A stretch of DNA of 64,000 bases from Yuukianura sp. NJ FZ-2021 (lineage: Eukaryota), in the NCBI GenBank assembly GCA_046563655.1, contig CM102285.1, forward strand, positions 11,594,001-11,658,000, read 5' to 3'. Shown piece after piece: positions 22,236 to 36,400 of the stretch. The notes beneath the pieces are model-generated. The model did not search any database, was not told the DNA's origin, and saw only the letters and a program-made list of their open reading frames with translations. Position 1 is the stretch's first letter; every line of letters begins with the position of its first letter. Both the position numbers and the translations under genes were made by a program.

Positions 22236-25200
22236 CTAGATAGAAACTGGAGAGTCGTCAGGCGGGTCCAGATGGCTAGAACAGTATCGACAACGACAGC
22301 ACAGGAGACAGGGAGCCGCTAGAATTAGAAGCGGCGATGCTAAGAGTACAAGCAGCCCAAATCCAGCAAAAATTCCAATCACTTGCGTCCGATGCCAAAC
22401 CACCGAGGCTCTCGAGTGTCCAAGCTTGTTTTTGCAAGGTCCGTGATCGTAGTGTCTCAGAAGAAAGTCATCCTAAAAAACATACAAAAAAGACTTCTTT
22501 AGACAGTTTCCCAAAAATTTTTAGTTTCAAAAACGCCAGAGAAAGTGTGAGAAAAGGCGCCGAAGTTCGTTTTAAATTCTCCCAGAATGCCAGAAATTCC
22601 AATTCTACTTTTCCAAGTTCCTACGTCAAGAAAAGCTCATCTTGAGATCCTCTTCCGCGTGCTTCAAGTACTCATATCATCGTAGGGCTCCAGTTTTCTA
22701 AAACGCGCCTTTCTCTGGGTCCTAATAGGGTTTATATTTCAAGTAGACACTTCCGCTTCTCTCTCGTCCGCGCCATCGTTATTACGACGAAAAGAGAAAG
22801 TTCTCCAGATTTCCAAATCTAATCTTCCTGGAGAAAGCAACGACGAGGGGATCAAGAGACCCACTCAAGCCTAATCCTATAGTTAGAAGAAGAGAAAAGG
22901 CTTCGACAACCAACCTAATTTGTGATCTAATTCAAAACATTTTCTACCTGGAGAGCTTACGAACACACGCCTCTGCTTTCATCCCAGAATCCAATTCATT
23001 ATTAAATTGCACCATTTGTAATTCTCATTCCTGTTCACAAACTCTACTGAATAGATCCGCTCTCTCTCCCTATTTGTTTTTGGAGAACCTAATTTATGGC
23101 ACCGAATTGGTTTTTGAAAACAAGAGACCTTACTAATTTTCTGTGTATAAACTTCAAATCATAGGCATTTTAGGGAGGAAAGAGGCGGAAACAAAAGCAT
23201 GTTGGACGTGGACAAGCCTTTGTCCTTGCCCGAACCAAATGTTTTTCCTAAAACTCTCGAAATCTACAAATTTTGAGGAGAGAAAGTTCTAAATTTCTGA
23301 ATAATTTCTGAGCTAACCCAAAAGTTATTTGTTCCTTTTCACAAGTTGAAAATGGAAAGCTAAGAGAAAGTGCTGGAATTGGAAATGGTCGAGGAAACAC
23401 ATGGAGTGGAGAACGAATCGTGACATTAATGCATCCACTCTTACTTAATTTTGCATTAGAATTTCCATTAGAAATGAATCGCGTTTCGTTCCAAAGTCGA
23501 ACTTTTCCTTCGTTTTCTTGAAGCGCGAGGAAGAGGATTTGTTCAATTTGGACAAAAAAACATCGTTGACACAAAAGTATTGATTTGGTTTGTCAAGGTT
23601 CAAATCAGCGCGTGTGTAACTATAGTTAACTTTTTTATACTACTAACTTCTGAAGCAACTTACGTCAAGAGACGAGAGGCAGTACCAACAAAATACATGT
23701 TTACATCGTTTGCACATCATTTGAGCACATCCTGAGTCCTTTTCGATTGGTACATGACAAAACGGGCATTTCTTGATAGAGTCACAGGAAGCAAACGGTT
23801 CTTCGTCAATCAGATTCAGTTTCCCTTGTCGAATCAGTTTCTGTCGATAGGATTCACAAGACTGATCGGAATGGATTGGCAATCTACACTCTGTACAGTA
23901 GACATGTTGACATCGGGAACATTGGATGATTGGAATTGGGGTTGGGGCGGGGCCATTGACACTCGAGTCTATCCGTTTACAAATGGTTTCACATCCGGGC
24001 GTTGGACACCACATCAACTCACAGTCAGTTTCTACTTCTGTAAAAAAAGTAATCAGAAAATGTATTGTTGTAATTTTGAATTATGGTTCATTACACTAAA
24101 ACTGCTCCCGCACTGTTTCAAGCAAACGTGCGTCGCCATTTTGAAATCATTACCATAAAATTCATTAAATTAGGATTTCCAGGAATGCTTTCCCCTGCTA
24201 ACTTTTTTTCTCTCAATTTTTTTTTGCGAGAGAAAGTCAAAGAATGAGAGTCAATAAGAATCAGAAAGATTGAAAAAAAAGAGAAGTTTTTCAGAAATTC
24301 AAAATGCGGGTTCAAAAGGTAATTTCCTGTCGCTCCGGCCTTATTTTCCTCTACAGTATGTAATCAGAATCCTTTTTGACAGTGCAGAAATCATCTCCGT
24401 GTCTCTAGAAGATATTGATATTAAAAAACCGAAAAACTCAATTCCAAAAGGCTTCCAAAAAGTAGAAAAAAGAAAGGCTTTTTAGAAATCCGAGACGCGT
24501 CAAAAATTTCTCCTTCTTATGTTGCTCGCTCAAAATAGAGGCGTGAAGTGTGCAAATTCTCAGAGAAAGTGAAACTCAGGTTACGAGGTTTACAACTTTA
24601 AAAAAAAGTGTTTCAAGAAATTGGATCTTTACAAAAATTTTGGAAAAGCTCTCAGACGAATTTCCCTTGGTCGTGTCACTCTCAAATTTCGCTTGGAGCT
24701 AAAATCTCATTAAACCTGAAACTTTAAAATCAACTTTTACGGAAGAACTCTACGAGGAAAACGAAAAAAAGTTATCTCGTCCTGCTTCGTTTAACGCTTT
24801 AGGACAAAATTCAATTCTTGTTGCTCAAGTGTATACAGGCAAACTTGTGTCCTCATGTCATGTTGTACTATCAAATTGCATGAACTTTGTCCCCCGTCAA
24901 AGTCAATACCCTCCGGGGAGAGACGAACTCAACGAAAAATAATTGAATTCAAAGATGCAAATGGTCCTCGAAATTCACATTCAGAATTCTGGTCGGTTTT
25001 GGCAATGTTAAACGGGGTTTTCAAAACTTTTTTTTTGAAAACTCCTTGATGTCTTTCGCTCGTGCTTCAAACTTTCTCTGCTCATCCAGAACACGGGGAC
25101 TTTTTTTTTAGAAGAAAAACTTTTCCTTACCTTTAATTCTGCGAAACTTTTTATATTTTTCAAAAATATGGCTCGGAACAAGGACTTCGATTTCTGCTAC

Positions 25201-27455
25201 ACTTAGAACACCTTGCTGTTGGCATGTCGCATCGGGACAGGCAATGTCGTAAGCTCCTTCTTCCACTTCAAAGGAAACGTAAGCAGTAACACACTGTAGA
25301 AAAAACAAGAGAACCATAAAGTTACTGCGTTGCCTTAAAACAAACTTAATTTCTAATTTGTTCATAAACTTCTTCAACCTGAACTTAAACTAGCCTTAAA
25401 AGTTGTTAATCTTCAAGCAAATATTAATGTTGTGTTAGTTCCACTTCATTAAATTAGTCGTAAATCATCTCAGAAATTACAACATTGGTGAAACTCAACT
25501 GTAAGCCTGTGTTTTCTAGTGATTGATGAAAATCTAAAGTTAGAAAGTTGGAAATCATGCTGAAAGAAAAACTTGTTCTCCGTGACCTTTTGGTTTTGAC
25601 TTCTAACCTTTTCGAGAGCTGTCGAACAGCACTTAGCAGAGCCACCTTAGAATTAATCTATCAACGCCATATCACGATCCTCTTAGAAAGAAGAGGTTTA
25701 AGACAACTTAAGAGCTTTAAATGTAACTATGTAGAACACGCTGGAAGGCTAATCAAAATGAAGTTAAAATCCTATAACTTTAATCTCCAAATCCCAATTT
25801 GGGAAAAGACACCAAGATGATGTATGATGCGTCAATGTCAACTTTGCAAATAAAGTGCCATGAACACGCTTCAGATGTTTGCTCTTCCTTCTACACTTAT
25901 TCTAACGCAGAGACAACGCAAGGACAAAGGCTTTTGTGTACTAAAATTTTGGACCATCTATATTCTAAATTCCCCTGAAATCACTATGCAAAAATGCTAA
26001 TTCTAGTCCACGAGCTTGCGAAATTTGCAAAGCTTTAAAACAAACCGCGGACACCGGAACCGTAACTATAATTTATGGATTTTAAACGGAAAGGCATTGG
26101 TTATACGACGGTCTATGCTGGAAAATTTAAACTTTACAAAAACAACTTTCCGCTTGGGGTAAAATTGAAATCTTTCCATGCAATCTCGTTCAAATATACA
26201 GCAAAATTGGAAAATGGATTACTAATTAACTGTAAACAAGGTTGAGTGAGTACGGAAGTGGATGATGATTGGGTTTAACGAGAACTCTTCACTACAACAG
26301 GATTTAGATTAAGTGGAAATGTAAACCCTGAGCGCATTGTTATACTTTCTCTCAATTTCAAATGAAACAAAATGGACTGGTGATGAGAAGGTAATTACGA
26401 TCGACAAGATCTCGGCTTAATGACTTTCTAATTTGAGAATTTTCTAAAAATGAGATCAATAAAAATAAATGTACACTTACGTCTTTACAGTATCGGCAGG
26501 AACAGTTGAGAATTTTGACAGTATGTTCGAGACTAACATCACAGAGGCAAAGACGACACGAAATGAGTTGTCGCTGCTCATGGTCATCGGCTGGTCTCCA
26601 GGACGATCCAGTAACACTGGAGAGGCTGCTATGTCTTGAAATTTCGGTTAGCCAGAAGGGATGCGAATTTGTGACGGAGCCATGACGACGTAGGCGGTTA
26701 CTCGGAGTCAACGGTGACGTCCCATGGGGCTCATAAATCGACGCTTGACTTCTAGCGGACTCCATGCCGTAGGAAGGCGGCGGTGGCGTCGCTGAAGTGG
26801 CCTGATGATTATAGTGGTCATGCGGATGACTAGTATTTCCTGTTTTGGAACTCGGACTTAACTTCCAACCGGAGAATAGTCTGGACTTTGCCGAATTTTG
26901 GAGTAGCGTTGTAAGCGCAGACGAGGAAGTAGACAAAATCCTATCTTTCATGACCTTGACACGCGTAGGTGATGGAGCTGGACTAGACGATGAAGAGTCA
27001 CCAGAAAAGCTACTGCTGCCGTTGAAACTGGATAAGGCCAGGACAGTTTCACACTTGCGCATTGCCAGCGGTTGACTAGTGAGTACTGAACTGTTTTGTG
27101 GTAGGTCAGCAGGTGAGGTAGGCCGGGAGGTCACGCTGCTGCTTTCGGCTGGTAATGAAAAGAGTGAGCGTGAGCTCGTTTCTCGTCGAAGAGAAATGGA
27201 GGGGCAAATGGGATTTGTGGGCAGTTTCCCAGGGGATTCCACCCTAATGGATTGACATTGACAAGTGGTCGGCGGAGCAATTTCGGCCAAAGTAAAACCA
27301 TCGTGGTGGTGGTGGCTCAGTGAAGACGGGGAGGTCGTGTCAATACTTAAAGAACAAGAGCAAACTCCGCCAGGAATTTCTTCTTTATCTCCACGTCCTT
27401 TCAATTCGTTTCGTGACCGCGAGCGGCTCAATAGGTTCTTTAAATTCGTCGGCAT
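22236..27455 (-). CDS. RNF144: RBR-type E3 ubiquitin ligase RNF144-like with long Ser-rich N-terminal extension
   Basis: Exons 26481-27455, 25131-25293, 23664-24037, 22236-22472. RING1 (CRLCL..CSCRYCKDC..IACPDATC), IBR (WCPTPGCETIC), RING2 (IKKCPFCHVPIEKDSGCAQMMCKRCKHVFCWYCL). RNF144 tail DDFLLRHYD.GPCKNKLGHSRASVVWHRTQVIGIFAGFG followed by a TM segment. Confidence 0.95.
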
Positions 27456-30400
27456 TATTATTATTACGGTATGGATTTTCTCTTTTTCCCTTTGAAGTAG
27501 GTTGTGGCTGAGAATTCAATTTAGCAGAAGGTTTTAGGTTAGGCTTTCACCACGACGAACGACGACGACTGTGTCTCAGCGGAGCAAGAAAACTGTGGCT
27601 CGATCTCGACGACGAGTCCCACTACAGCAATCAAATGAATTGAGGGAAAAGTGAGGCCAGTAGTGCACTTTCATAATAAATGTCTCCATAAAGTTCCATT
27701 TTCAAAACTCAGACAATCTTCCTTCCTGTTCAATTTCAAAAAAAGAGAATGTAAAAAAAGTGATTTAGGGTTTTACTTGAAGTTTTTGCGGATATGGAGA
27801 AAGGTCTCACACAAAAACGCGGTAGTCCAAAACACATGGACGCTCTCAGCTTCAACTTTTCTCCAAAAAGTCGAATGTCGAGAAAGTAAAGTAGAAAGCT
27901 TTTTCTTTTGTTCCAAGAATGGTTTTTGCTTTAGTTTTTTCCCCTTTCTCTTTTCTCTTTTTAGTACAACAACAGAAACAGGAACGTGTAGCAGTGATTT
28001 TTCTTTTCGATACAGAGAAAGTTAGCGAAAGCACGCCAATGGCAGTAGTGGCAGCGATTTGTTGTAAGTCGTCTGCCTCCCTCGGGATATCACCCTCAAC
28101 TGACTGATTCGAAGTTCAGAATGGTTCTGGTGAAGAACTCAGGGCGAGCACACGGCTTAAAGCCACCTCTGACGAGCGAGGAGAGCAGAATCCCTAAATA
28201 TCCAGCAAAGCAACATCTAACGTATCCTAAAAGCTCTTTTCCAGCAAGAAAACCATCCAGCACTACCATGACTTGATCCCACTGCTTTAGTTACCTTCAG
28301 ATCATCCCCGAACATCACTGGAACAGAATGCTCTTTACCTTTTGCTTTTCTCAATTCCCAGAGGGACACAGGCAGAGCAAAAGCCAGGATTTTTAATCAC
28401 TTTGAAAAAAAGACTGCCACGCTTTCACGAACAGAATTCGCAATTAAGGCCAACAGCACAAAGTCAAAGAACTTTTTACTCACAATGACTCAAGCTCACC
28501 TTACAAGTTCTTTGATTCTTTGCCGAGCGTATGATGCGTGTTAACTCAATTACACAATGCTAAGTTAACGTTAGGGATGATAAAAGCAAAAGTGTAACAA
28601 TTTCTAACTTCGTTTTTGTTTTGCCTGTTTTTTTTTCAGAGAATTTGGCGAATCAAAGATGAGGAAAAACTTCCGCCTTGATTTCAATAACAAAGCCATT
28701 TTGAGCGCAACAAAAGGGAAGCACCAACTTGTTCAAATTAGTAAAAACCAGAAACTGTTACACATTAAAAGACGCGAGTTCCCTCCAAATTGGCTCTTTT
28801 TAACTTCCGTATTCTTTCGTAACAGTTGTACAATTACACAACTACACAGTTACTACGAAGATCAGATACGAAGTAAAACTATTGTTTTAAAGCCTAGAGG
28901 CAAGGATGAGATCAATTGTTTTGCAGAATCTTACCAGCAGCAGCTTTGTTGCACATCCGAAAAGGAACTAAACAGTAAACACTGACTTTTGAGTCTCTTG
29001 AAGCAAAGATCCTAACCTAACTGGCTCTGCAAATAGTTTTTGGCAAAGTTTTCATAAAAGATTTCCAAACACGAGAAATTCACGTGTAAGACACTCAAAG
29101 CGGAAGGCACACCGACGCTTATTTCACAGTTCCAAATATTTTTAGAATCTTGGAGAAATAAATTTTCTTAAAAAACAACACTGCCAGAGATGAGCACGAG
29201 TAGACTTGTTGACCTCCTCGTTCCTTTCCCACATGAATGAACACTTTGAAGGTGAGAATGAGGGCAATGACTCCAAAAGTTGCCTCGAACAATCAACCTA
29301 ACAATTGAACTGATCCTGGCGTCTCAATTGGCAAAATGTGAATGAATATGGATTGGAACCAGTAGATTGCAAGAGATGCTTCTGAATCAAGGTGAACCAG
29401 AGATGTGTCAATATTCGAAGAGTAAGGAGAAGATGTTTACTCGCCTGTAATTACCACAAAAAGGAGCTAATGAGTTATTGACGCAAAACTTCAACTTTTA
29501 AAAGGGAATTTACAATTCGTAAGATGAGTTCATAGTCTAGTATTCATCTCGGGGCTTTATACTGCGCCATACTGTGCTTTTTATCCTCGTTTGACAACTT
29601 TTTTAGCAACAACAATAATTGCATATTATTTCTCGATTTTAGCATGTCAAGGTTTTTGGTTTTGCGCAAAAATACGAATGAAGTCAGAAGTTGCAACGGC
29701 AGAATTGCAAGTCGAAACTTTTGACAAAAAAATAACTCGGAGATGAAAAAATTCGTTGATTGGGATTTGGGAATTTAGAAAAGCAGTGTTTTTTTTTCAA
29801 AGACTTTGGTGAAAGCAAATTTCAAAATTTTCAAAATTTGTTTCTGTGCACGGGATTGCAACGGGAAGAAATTAACCGCCCTAAACATTTTGAATATTTC
29901 TTATCACGCTAAAATGCACTTTTTTCAAATCTTTTTCGAAATCTAAAGAACACCTCAAAAAAAAAATTTCTCTTGTGTGAAAAATTTCCGAATTTCTTCT
30001 TTCTACACTTTACTTTTTATGATGCAACGAGCTATTTTCAAAATCAGATTAAAAGTTTTTTTCATCCAAGGAATTCCCATTGAATTTTCACCTTCACTTT
30101 TGGATTTTTTGCCAAAAAATGCAAAAGTTGAGGTAAGTCTTCATGTAAAAATAACATTTTTTTAAGGTTCTCTCATGCCAGAAACACTTGCCCTTGTCAA
30201 AAATCGGAGTTGCCAAAAAAGGAATTGAGAATATCATCAACTGTGGTAGTGTCACAGACAAAGTTTTAGAATTGTGTCAATTGACCACCACCAAGAGATG
30301 TTGTTTGTGTAGGCGGACGCCCATGAACTTGTTTACAACTGAATTACCCTTCTAATCATCAACATCTTACTAACTTAACTAACTTCAAATTCAAGTAAAC

Positions 30401-33400
30401 CATCTGCTCAATCCAACAAAGCAATGTCAAAATGTCCCAAATTTCAAAACGTTTTAAATATTCAAGAAAGTTGGGTTCGGCCCATTTGCAAATTTTGTGC
30501 TTTGCTATTAGACTGACATGCTACACCATTTACATTTTTCGCACATTTGTACAAAGAAAAGATTGGAATCAGACGCACCATGTAACTTATTATACTAAAG
30601 AGCGGCCCTATTTTGAGCAAATTTTATGGCCATTTTATGTTTTACAAGTCATTGAAAAGAAAGCGGAAACAATTGAATTCTACTCTAAATTATTCCAAAA
30701 TGACTCTTCAGCGCGTAATAAATTGCCCAATTTGTTCAAAAAAGTCCCACCACATTAATATCCATTATTTGACGAACAAAATTTGGAAAAATTTCCTTTT
30801 TTGACATAAATTAGGCAAAGGAAATTTTACTATTACTTTTGATTATGTTACATTTTTATCACACTTTCATCCTCTTCAATGTTAGGTTGAGGAGCAAAAC
30901 ATAACTTTCACTTATGTTCATGTTAAAGCCTCCTCCATTATTTACTTAATAAACACTTTTCAGCGCAAAAAAGTATGGAAAGTACCAAGCTTACGCTTGA
31001 AGGTCTCTCAGAGAATAAGAGGCATCAAGACGGAACCGAATTGTTGTTGTTGCAAATATTTCTACTTCATCCTTGCCTACGTCAGTTCCTACTTTAATTG
31101 CACCAAAGAACTAAAAAGTTTTGTGTACAGCTGTTTCTTGTACAAGCAAAAGGATTTCCTCCATCTACAAGTTAAAACTTTACCAAGGCCATTTGTATCC
31201 TTGTAAGGATTTTCTGCACCAGGCTTGATTAAATTGAAAGTGTCAGCTATAGCCTTAAAAGAACAAATTAACAAAACAAATGAGGAGAAACAGCGTACTA
31301 CCTTCTAAGTAAATGCAGATTACTTTTAAAACTTCTGGACTTCCTCACAAATTTAGAGCAAGGATTTTAAAACACTTGACGTTTATGAAAACCGCGATAA
31401 CCAACTCTGACCTCAATTTTTTTGAGAAATGCATTTTTTGAGGATGAAATGTTGCAGCAGTGGAAACAGAGAAAAAACAATTTCAATTTTGTAAAGTTTT
31501 CTTCGTGCTTTTTTCATCTTCAAATTCAAAAAATGCAGCAAAATAAATTGGCAAAAAAGTTTGATACTAAAAAGTCACAATGCAATTGAGTAACCTGGTC
31601 ATGCAAAGTTAAATATACTGGTCCTGGTGCTCATTAGCTAACATTAGCTTCCTAGAAGCTCATGCAGGAACACAATTCAACTAAAAGATAAAAAAAATTA
31701 AACTTTTTAAAAAAAGTTATGGCAATAAAACGACAACAACAATTGCATGAGCTCCACGCTCCAATTCCAAATCTTGATGCTTATCATCATTCTCAAGTGG
31801 AAATTTCGACAGCACAATCGTGCACTCATGATTTTGGAAAACCACATTTAAAAAAGCCGTTCAGAATTCAGCACACGTAAAAGGACACTGTCAGTTTTTA
31901 TAAATTTTCCAGTTTGAAATATCGCAAAAGCAGAGAGGAAAAAATTCAAAAAATTCTGCGAGTAAAGCTGAGCCAAAAGGCATGAAGAAATGTTGATATT
32001 GGATTTTTAGAAAAATACTAAACTAATCAACAAAAATGTGGGAATTTGGCAAAAAGCAATAGGCGTTGGTTAACTCACAACAGACAGCAGACAGAAAAAT
32101 TTAACACGCGCGACCTTGTGCTAGTGGACACAATTTAAATCGAAAACTGAATTTAAAAAAATTATTTTATGTGAATAGCAAACTTGTTTTAGTATAAAAA
32201 CGAACCTCCTTGCCTTGAAACTGTTAAAACCTTGAAGTGTGTCTTGCAAAAATTTCTGGAACGAAACCTATATATCAACAGGAACTTGATTTTGTCAATT
32301 TTTCTAAAAACTTCAATGACATTTCACACACACTCGGTTCAAAATCTCAATGCCACAGACAGAACGCAGTGAGGGCTGTTGCATGTCAAACTGTTGAACT
32401 TGAACTGATGACTGAAACCTCCAAATTTAGACTTTTAGTATGATCCCAAATAGGCCTCTTTGGAGTTTCCAATTGCTCTAAACATAAACAACACAAACCA
32501 AGTTGGTTTTGCACGCAACAGATCTCAGAGAGACACACTGACACGTCAAGAGCCTATTGCTTTAGGTTTGCCATTTGCGAATTGAATCTCCCATCTCCCT
32601 AAATTCCCAATTCGCAAAAAGTGTAACTCTACAGGTGTTTTTGCAAACAAAGAAGAAACGGCAGTACTAAAGAGTGGTTAGACCAGCAGCAGCATTCTGT
32701 TAGGGTGGAGATCCACTTCAAGGATTTTTGTCTGAGTCAGACTTATAAACATCACGAAAGTTCCAAAAAACCAGGACGTCAAGCTAACCTAACCAAAGAG
32801 GATACAGTAACAATAGATTTGAACGTTATTTAGTATTGTACATTCACTGAATTTTAACTAGAAATTGACTCATCCATCATCACAAGAAGAAGAGAGATAG
32901 TCAGTCGATCAGTGTGTGGACACATTCTATTTTCAATTTGCAAAACAATGATTGTTTGATGCAACAGAAAAAATGTGACGAAAGAATCGTCAATTTCGCA
33001 ACCCAATTGGCAATAATCTCAAAACATAAAAAGTTCTTGTAAACAAAAACACAAAAGAGGCAATTCAAAATTTTAATTTGGCTTTACGCAATGGAACGCG
33101 ATACTTTGCTCTAATTTATTGATCTGTGATGCTGCAGACGAAAACTTGTTTACAGAATGTGACTTTGCAATAAAACGTGGAGTAATGAGCAAGGTCAAGG
33201 CGTGGGATGGAATATTTGAGAAGGTTGGAAATTTTTGTAAATATTTGCATTACCAGAAGAACTAATTTTAGCAATTCATCTCTTTGAGAAAATATTTTTC
33301 ATCCAAAAAGATCACACTAGCCGCTGCGCCATAAACTAGAAACTGTGCTGTGAGTTTTAAAATAAAATGAAAAATTAAAAGTCAATTGTGGGAGAGAGAA

Positions 33401-36400
33401 AGTTCGGAAAAACAAAAAGTTGTGGAGAAAGGCGTGAAAAGTTTTTCTTTTCTAAACTTTTTCTTAAAAAAAATAGGAAAGTGGATGAATAAGATCGAGA
33501 CAAAGAGAAGCGTTCTCCGTTTTTGAGAAAACGGCGGAGCAAGTCTTTTCTTCCTAATAATGCCCGGGCGTCATTTTACCCTAAAGCCTGACTAGAGAAT
33601 ACAAAAATTCGGGTTTCTCGTAAAGTCTCTCAGAGATCTAGAGATCTTAAGAGGATCCAGAACTTCATGATGCTTCATAAATCCACTTCAATGGAAATTC
33701 AATGCATTATTCCCAAAAGGTTTCCCAACAGGAAGCCTTTTTCCTTATACACTCGAACGAAATCACAGATTCGCTTTTCTATTTTTCAAATTCAAAAAAT
33801 ATGGAACAGCCTTAAATTCAATTTATTGAACAAATTGAGAGGCCAAAAGGTCATGTCTCTTCGGAGTCCTTTCAAAGATTTTCTGCATCATTTTCAAATT
33901 ACAAAAAGAGATCAATACCCCCTACACGAAAGAGAGCTAACGGAGCTAACTGTGAATTGAACTGTAGGGAACGAAGGAAATTTTGATCACTTCGAAAAGT
34001 TCCAGTTCTATATGAATTATTGATGAAAGAAGGAAAGGCTTTTGTAGTTTCAGAAACTTATTCATTTGAAACTGTCTGAGACACGCTTCCAGAATAAAAA
34101 TTATTGGCACATGGAGAGCTCCACTACTTTTTCGCCAATTTCTATGCTAACGATAACGAATCTTTTTCTCCACAATTCAGCAAAACGGGGGCTCGCCAAA
34201 TCTCGCTAAAAATCTCAAGAGAAATTCAAGTCTCCAAAAAATCTAATAAAAACCTAACCTCTGGCCTCGCAAAATACCCTCGAGCCTGATTTTGAATAAT
34301 TTTGAGTGAAAGTGACTTTCTACAAATAATATAAGGAAAAAGTATTCACAAAAACTGCGTTTACTGAGTTTGACTGAACCATGCTGACACTATTGTTTTT
34401 GGATCTAACTTTGATTTCTGGCAAATTGCTGACTTTTAATTACCAAAGTTCATTAAGATCGAAGCACTTCTATATGTAGGAACAATAGAAAATTGAGTTC
34501 CTGGATGATGACGCGTAGACCAAAAGACAATCATGAAATTTACACGATTCAGTCGCCTGTCAAGCAACTGACACAACCGAAACCCCAAAAGTTTATATTT
34601 GTCAATGCCACATCCAGCCTTGAACAGTCGTAAACAAGATGCGGTTTTCTCAGCACGTGTAAACATTATAGGCAATCGCATTCGCGAATAATTGGCAATG
34701 AAAGGAACTCCGTCGCTAGACGTATTTACAAGAAATGTCCTCATGTTTTCTCGGCGTGATTTCTCTTGCAAAGGAAACGGAGGAGAAAAAATTGCCGCAT
34801 AATTCGTAAACAAGATCTTTAGAAACTTACACAAAAGGCCAAATTAGCTAATAGCTCATTCCGAGAAACCTCGCGACAACATCTTTTCAGTTTTTTTTTT
34901 TGCAATAAGTCAAATTTTGTTTACCTGATTTGTGCATTTCGTGATCTCAAAAGGCTTTGCTTGTCTACTTTGAACATGTAATTCCAAGTTCTTTGAACTG
35001 CACAACAGTTACTTCATCTCCTTCCTCAGAAACAGAATAAATGTGAAAGTAAAATGCTAATTCCGGGTATTCATATTCCTGTTCCTGTTTCTCATCAATC
35101 TTCCGCAGCGGATCAGATTCACGACACGTCCTGCTGCTTTTACTGTCACATCACAAGGATTTTGCAAATTTTAAATTCTAAAACGGTGACACAATCACGG
35201 AAACACGGGAAGAAAAAAATTGCGAAAGTCGTAATTTGTAAAGTATTGCAACAATAGAATCAATCACAATCACGTAAGTCGTTAGTGGTCCTCTGAAAAG
35301 CTTTCAGAGTACAGCAGAGCTAGCAGAAAGACAAAACTTATGATTGATGATGATCACAGTAAATTAAAATGGCAAAACATAATTTGTATTTAAAAGCTTG
35401 ACTCAGAGCAATGAAGAACCAGACGAGTGTGAATGTTGTTGTTGTTTCAGGCGTTTTTATAGTTAAGATTGACTAACAACAACATAATCAAGGACTCGGA
35501 ACTCAAAACACAGCCTGTAAACATGTACTTTAAGCCAACTGAAAACCACACACGGGAACCAAAAATAAGCGTAATCGCTTCTTTGTTGACGTGACTAAAA
35601 CCTCAAAACACTAAAACACGTATTAGAGTTTCACACGTTTTGATTGTGGATGTAGGAATGGATGCAAAATTGTGGTTGTTTACTGTCTGCCAAGCATTTT
35701 CTATACTCGTCAGTCGTCATTTGAAATTCACAAAGATTTGACCAAAGGAAGCTCATCTCCTTTGTTATCTTTTTCTGAAATGAGTAAACACTAAATGTTT
35801 GTGTAAAGTCTGCAAAAACTAAAAATTTGTGAAGCTCTTGTTAAGAAATTTGCCCTAGGAGCTTATGTACGATGATGTTTAGACAGGGCATTGACTCCAA
35901 ATTTATTTATCATGTCCAAAGTGGACACACCGTTGGATGTGAAATGGCCAGTTGCAAAAATACCACAAGCTTGCAATTATTTTCCCACTTGGAAAAACAT
36001 TTTTACGAGATTGCAATTTACTTTATGCTTGTGGCAGAAATAATTCGTTTTTGTTGCCGATGGGCCGCAGGAGAGTAGCAGAAAAAAAGTTAAGAAGAGA
36101 GATGGCGCGTGTCCTAACGCCTCACTACCGTGGATTGGCTTATTACACAATGCTTTTACCGTGAAGGCGAAGAAAATTGTGTCGTAATTGAATTGAAATA
36201 AGACACTTGAAAGCTGACTTTAAGTTATGGTACTGTTATTCAACGACTCCCCCAAGTGGAAATTTCCTTTAATTAGAGTTATATCAGAAGTAGGTTGGAA
36301 GTTGGCCAGGGATTAAGAACTTAATTGGCCACTTTGGGGATCACTCAAACTGATCTGTGGTTCACCTGACACTGACACTCTGAGGAGACTCTGTCACACT

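Noticed and set aside
34436..34834. 132-aa minus-strand ORF
   Set aside because: Non-ATG start, no recognisable motifs and no supporting splice structure.
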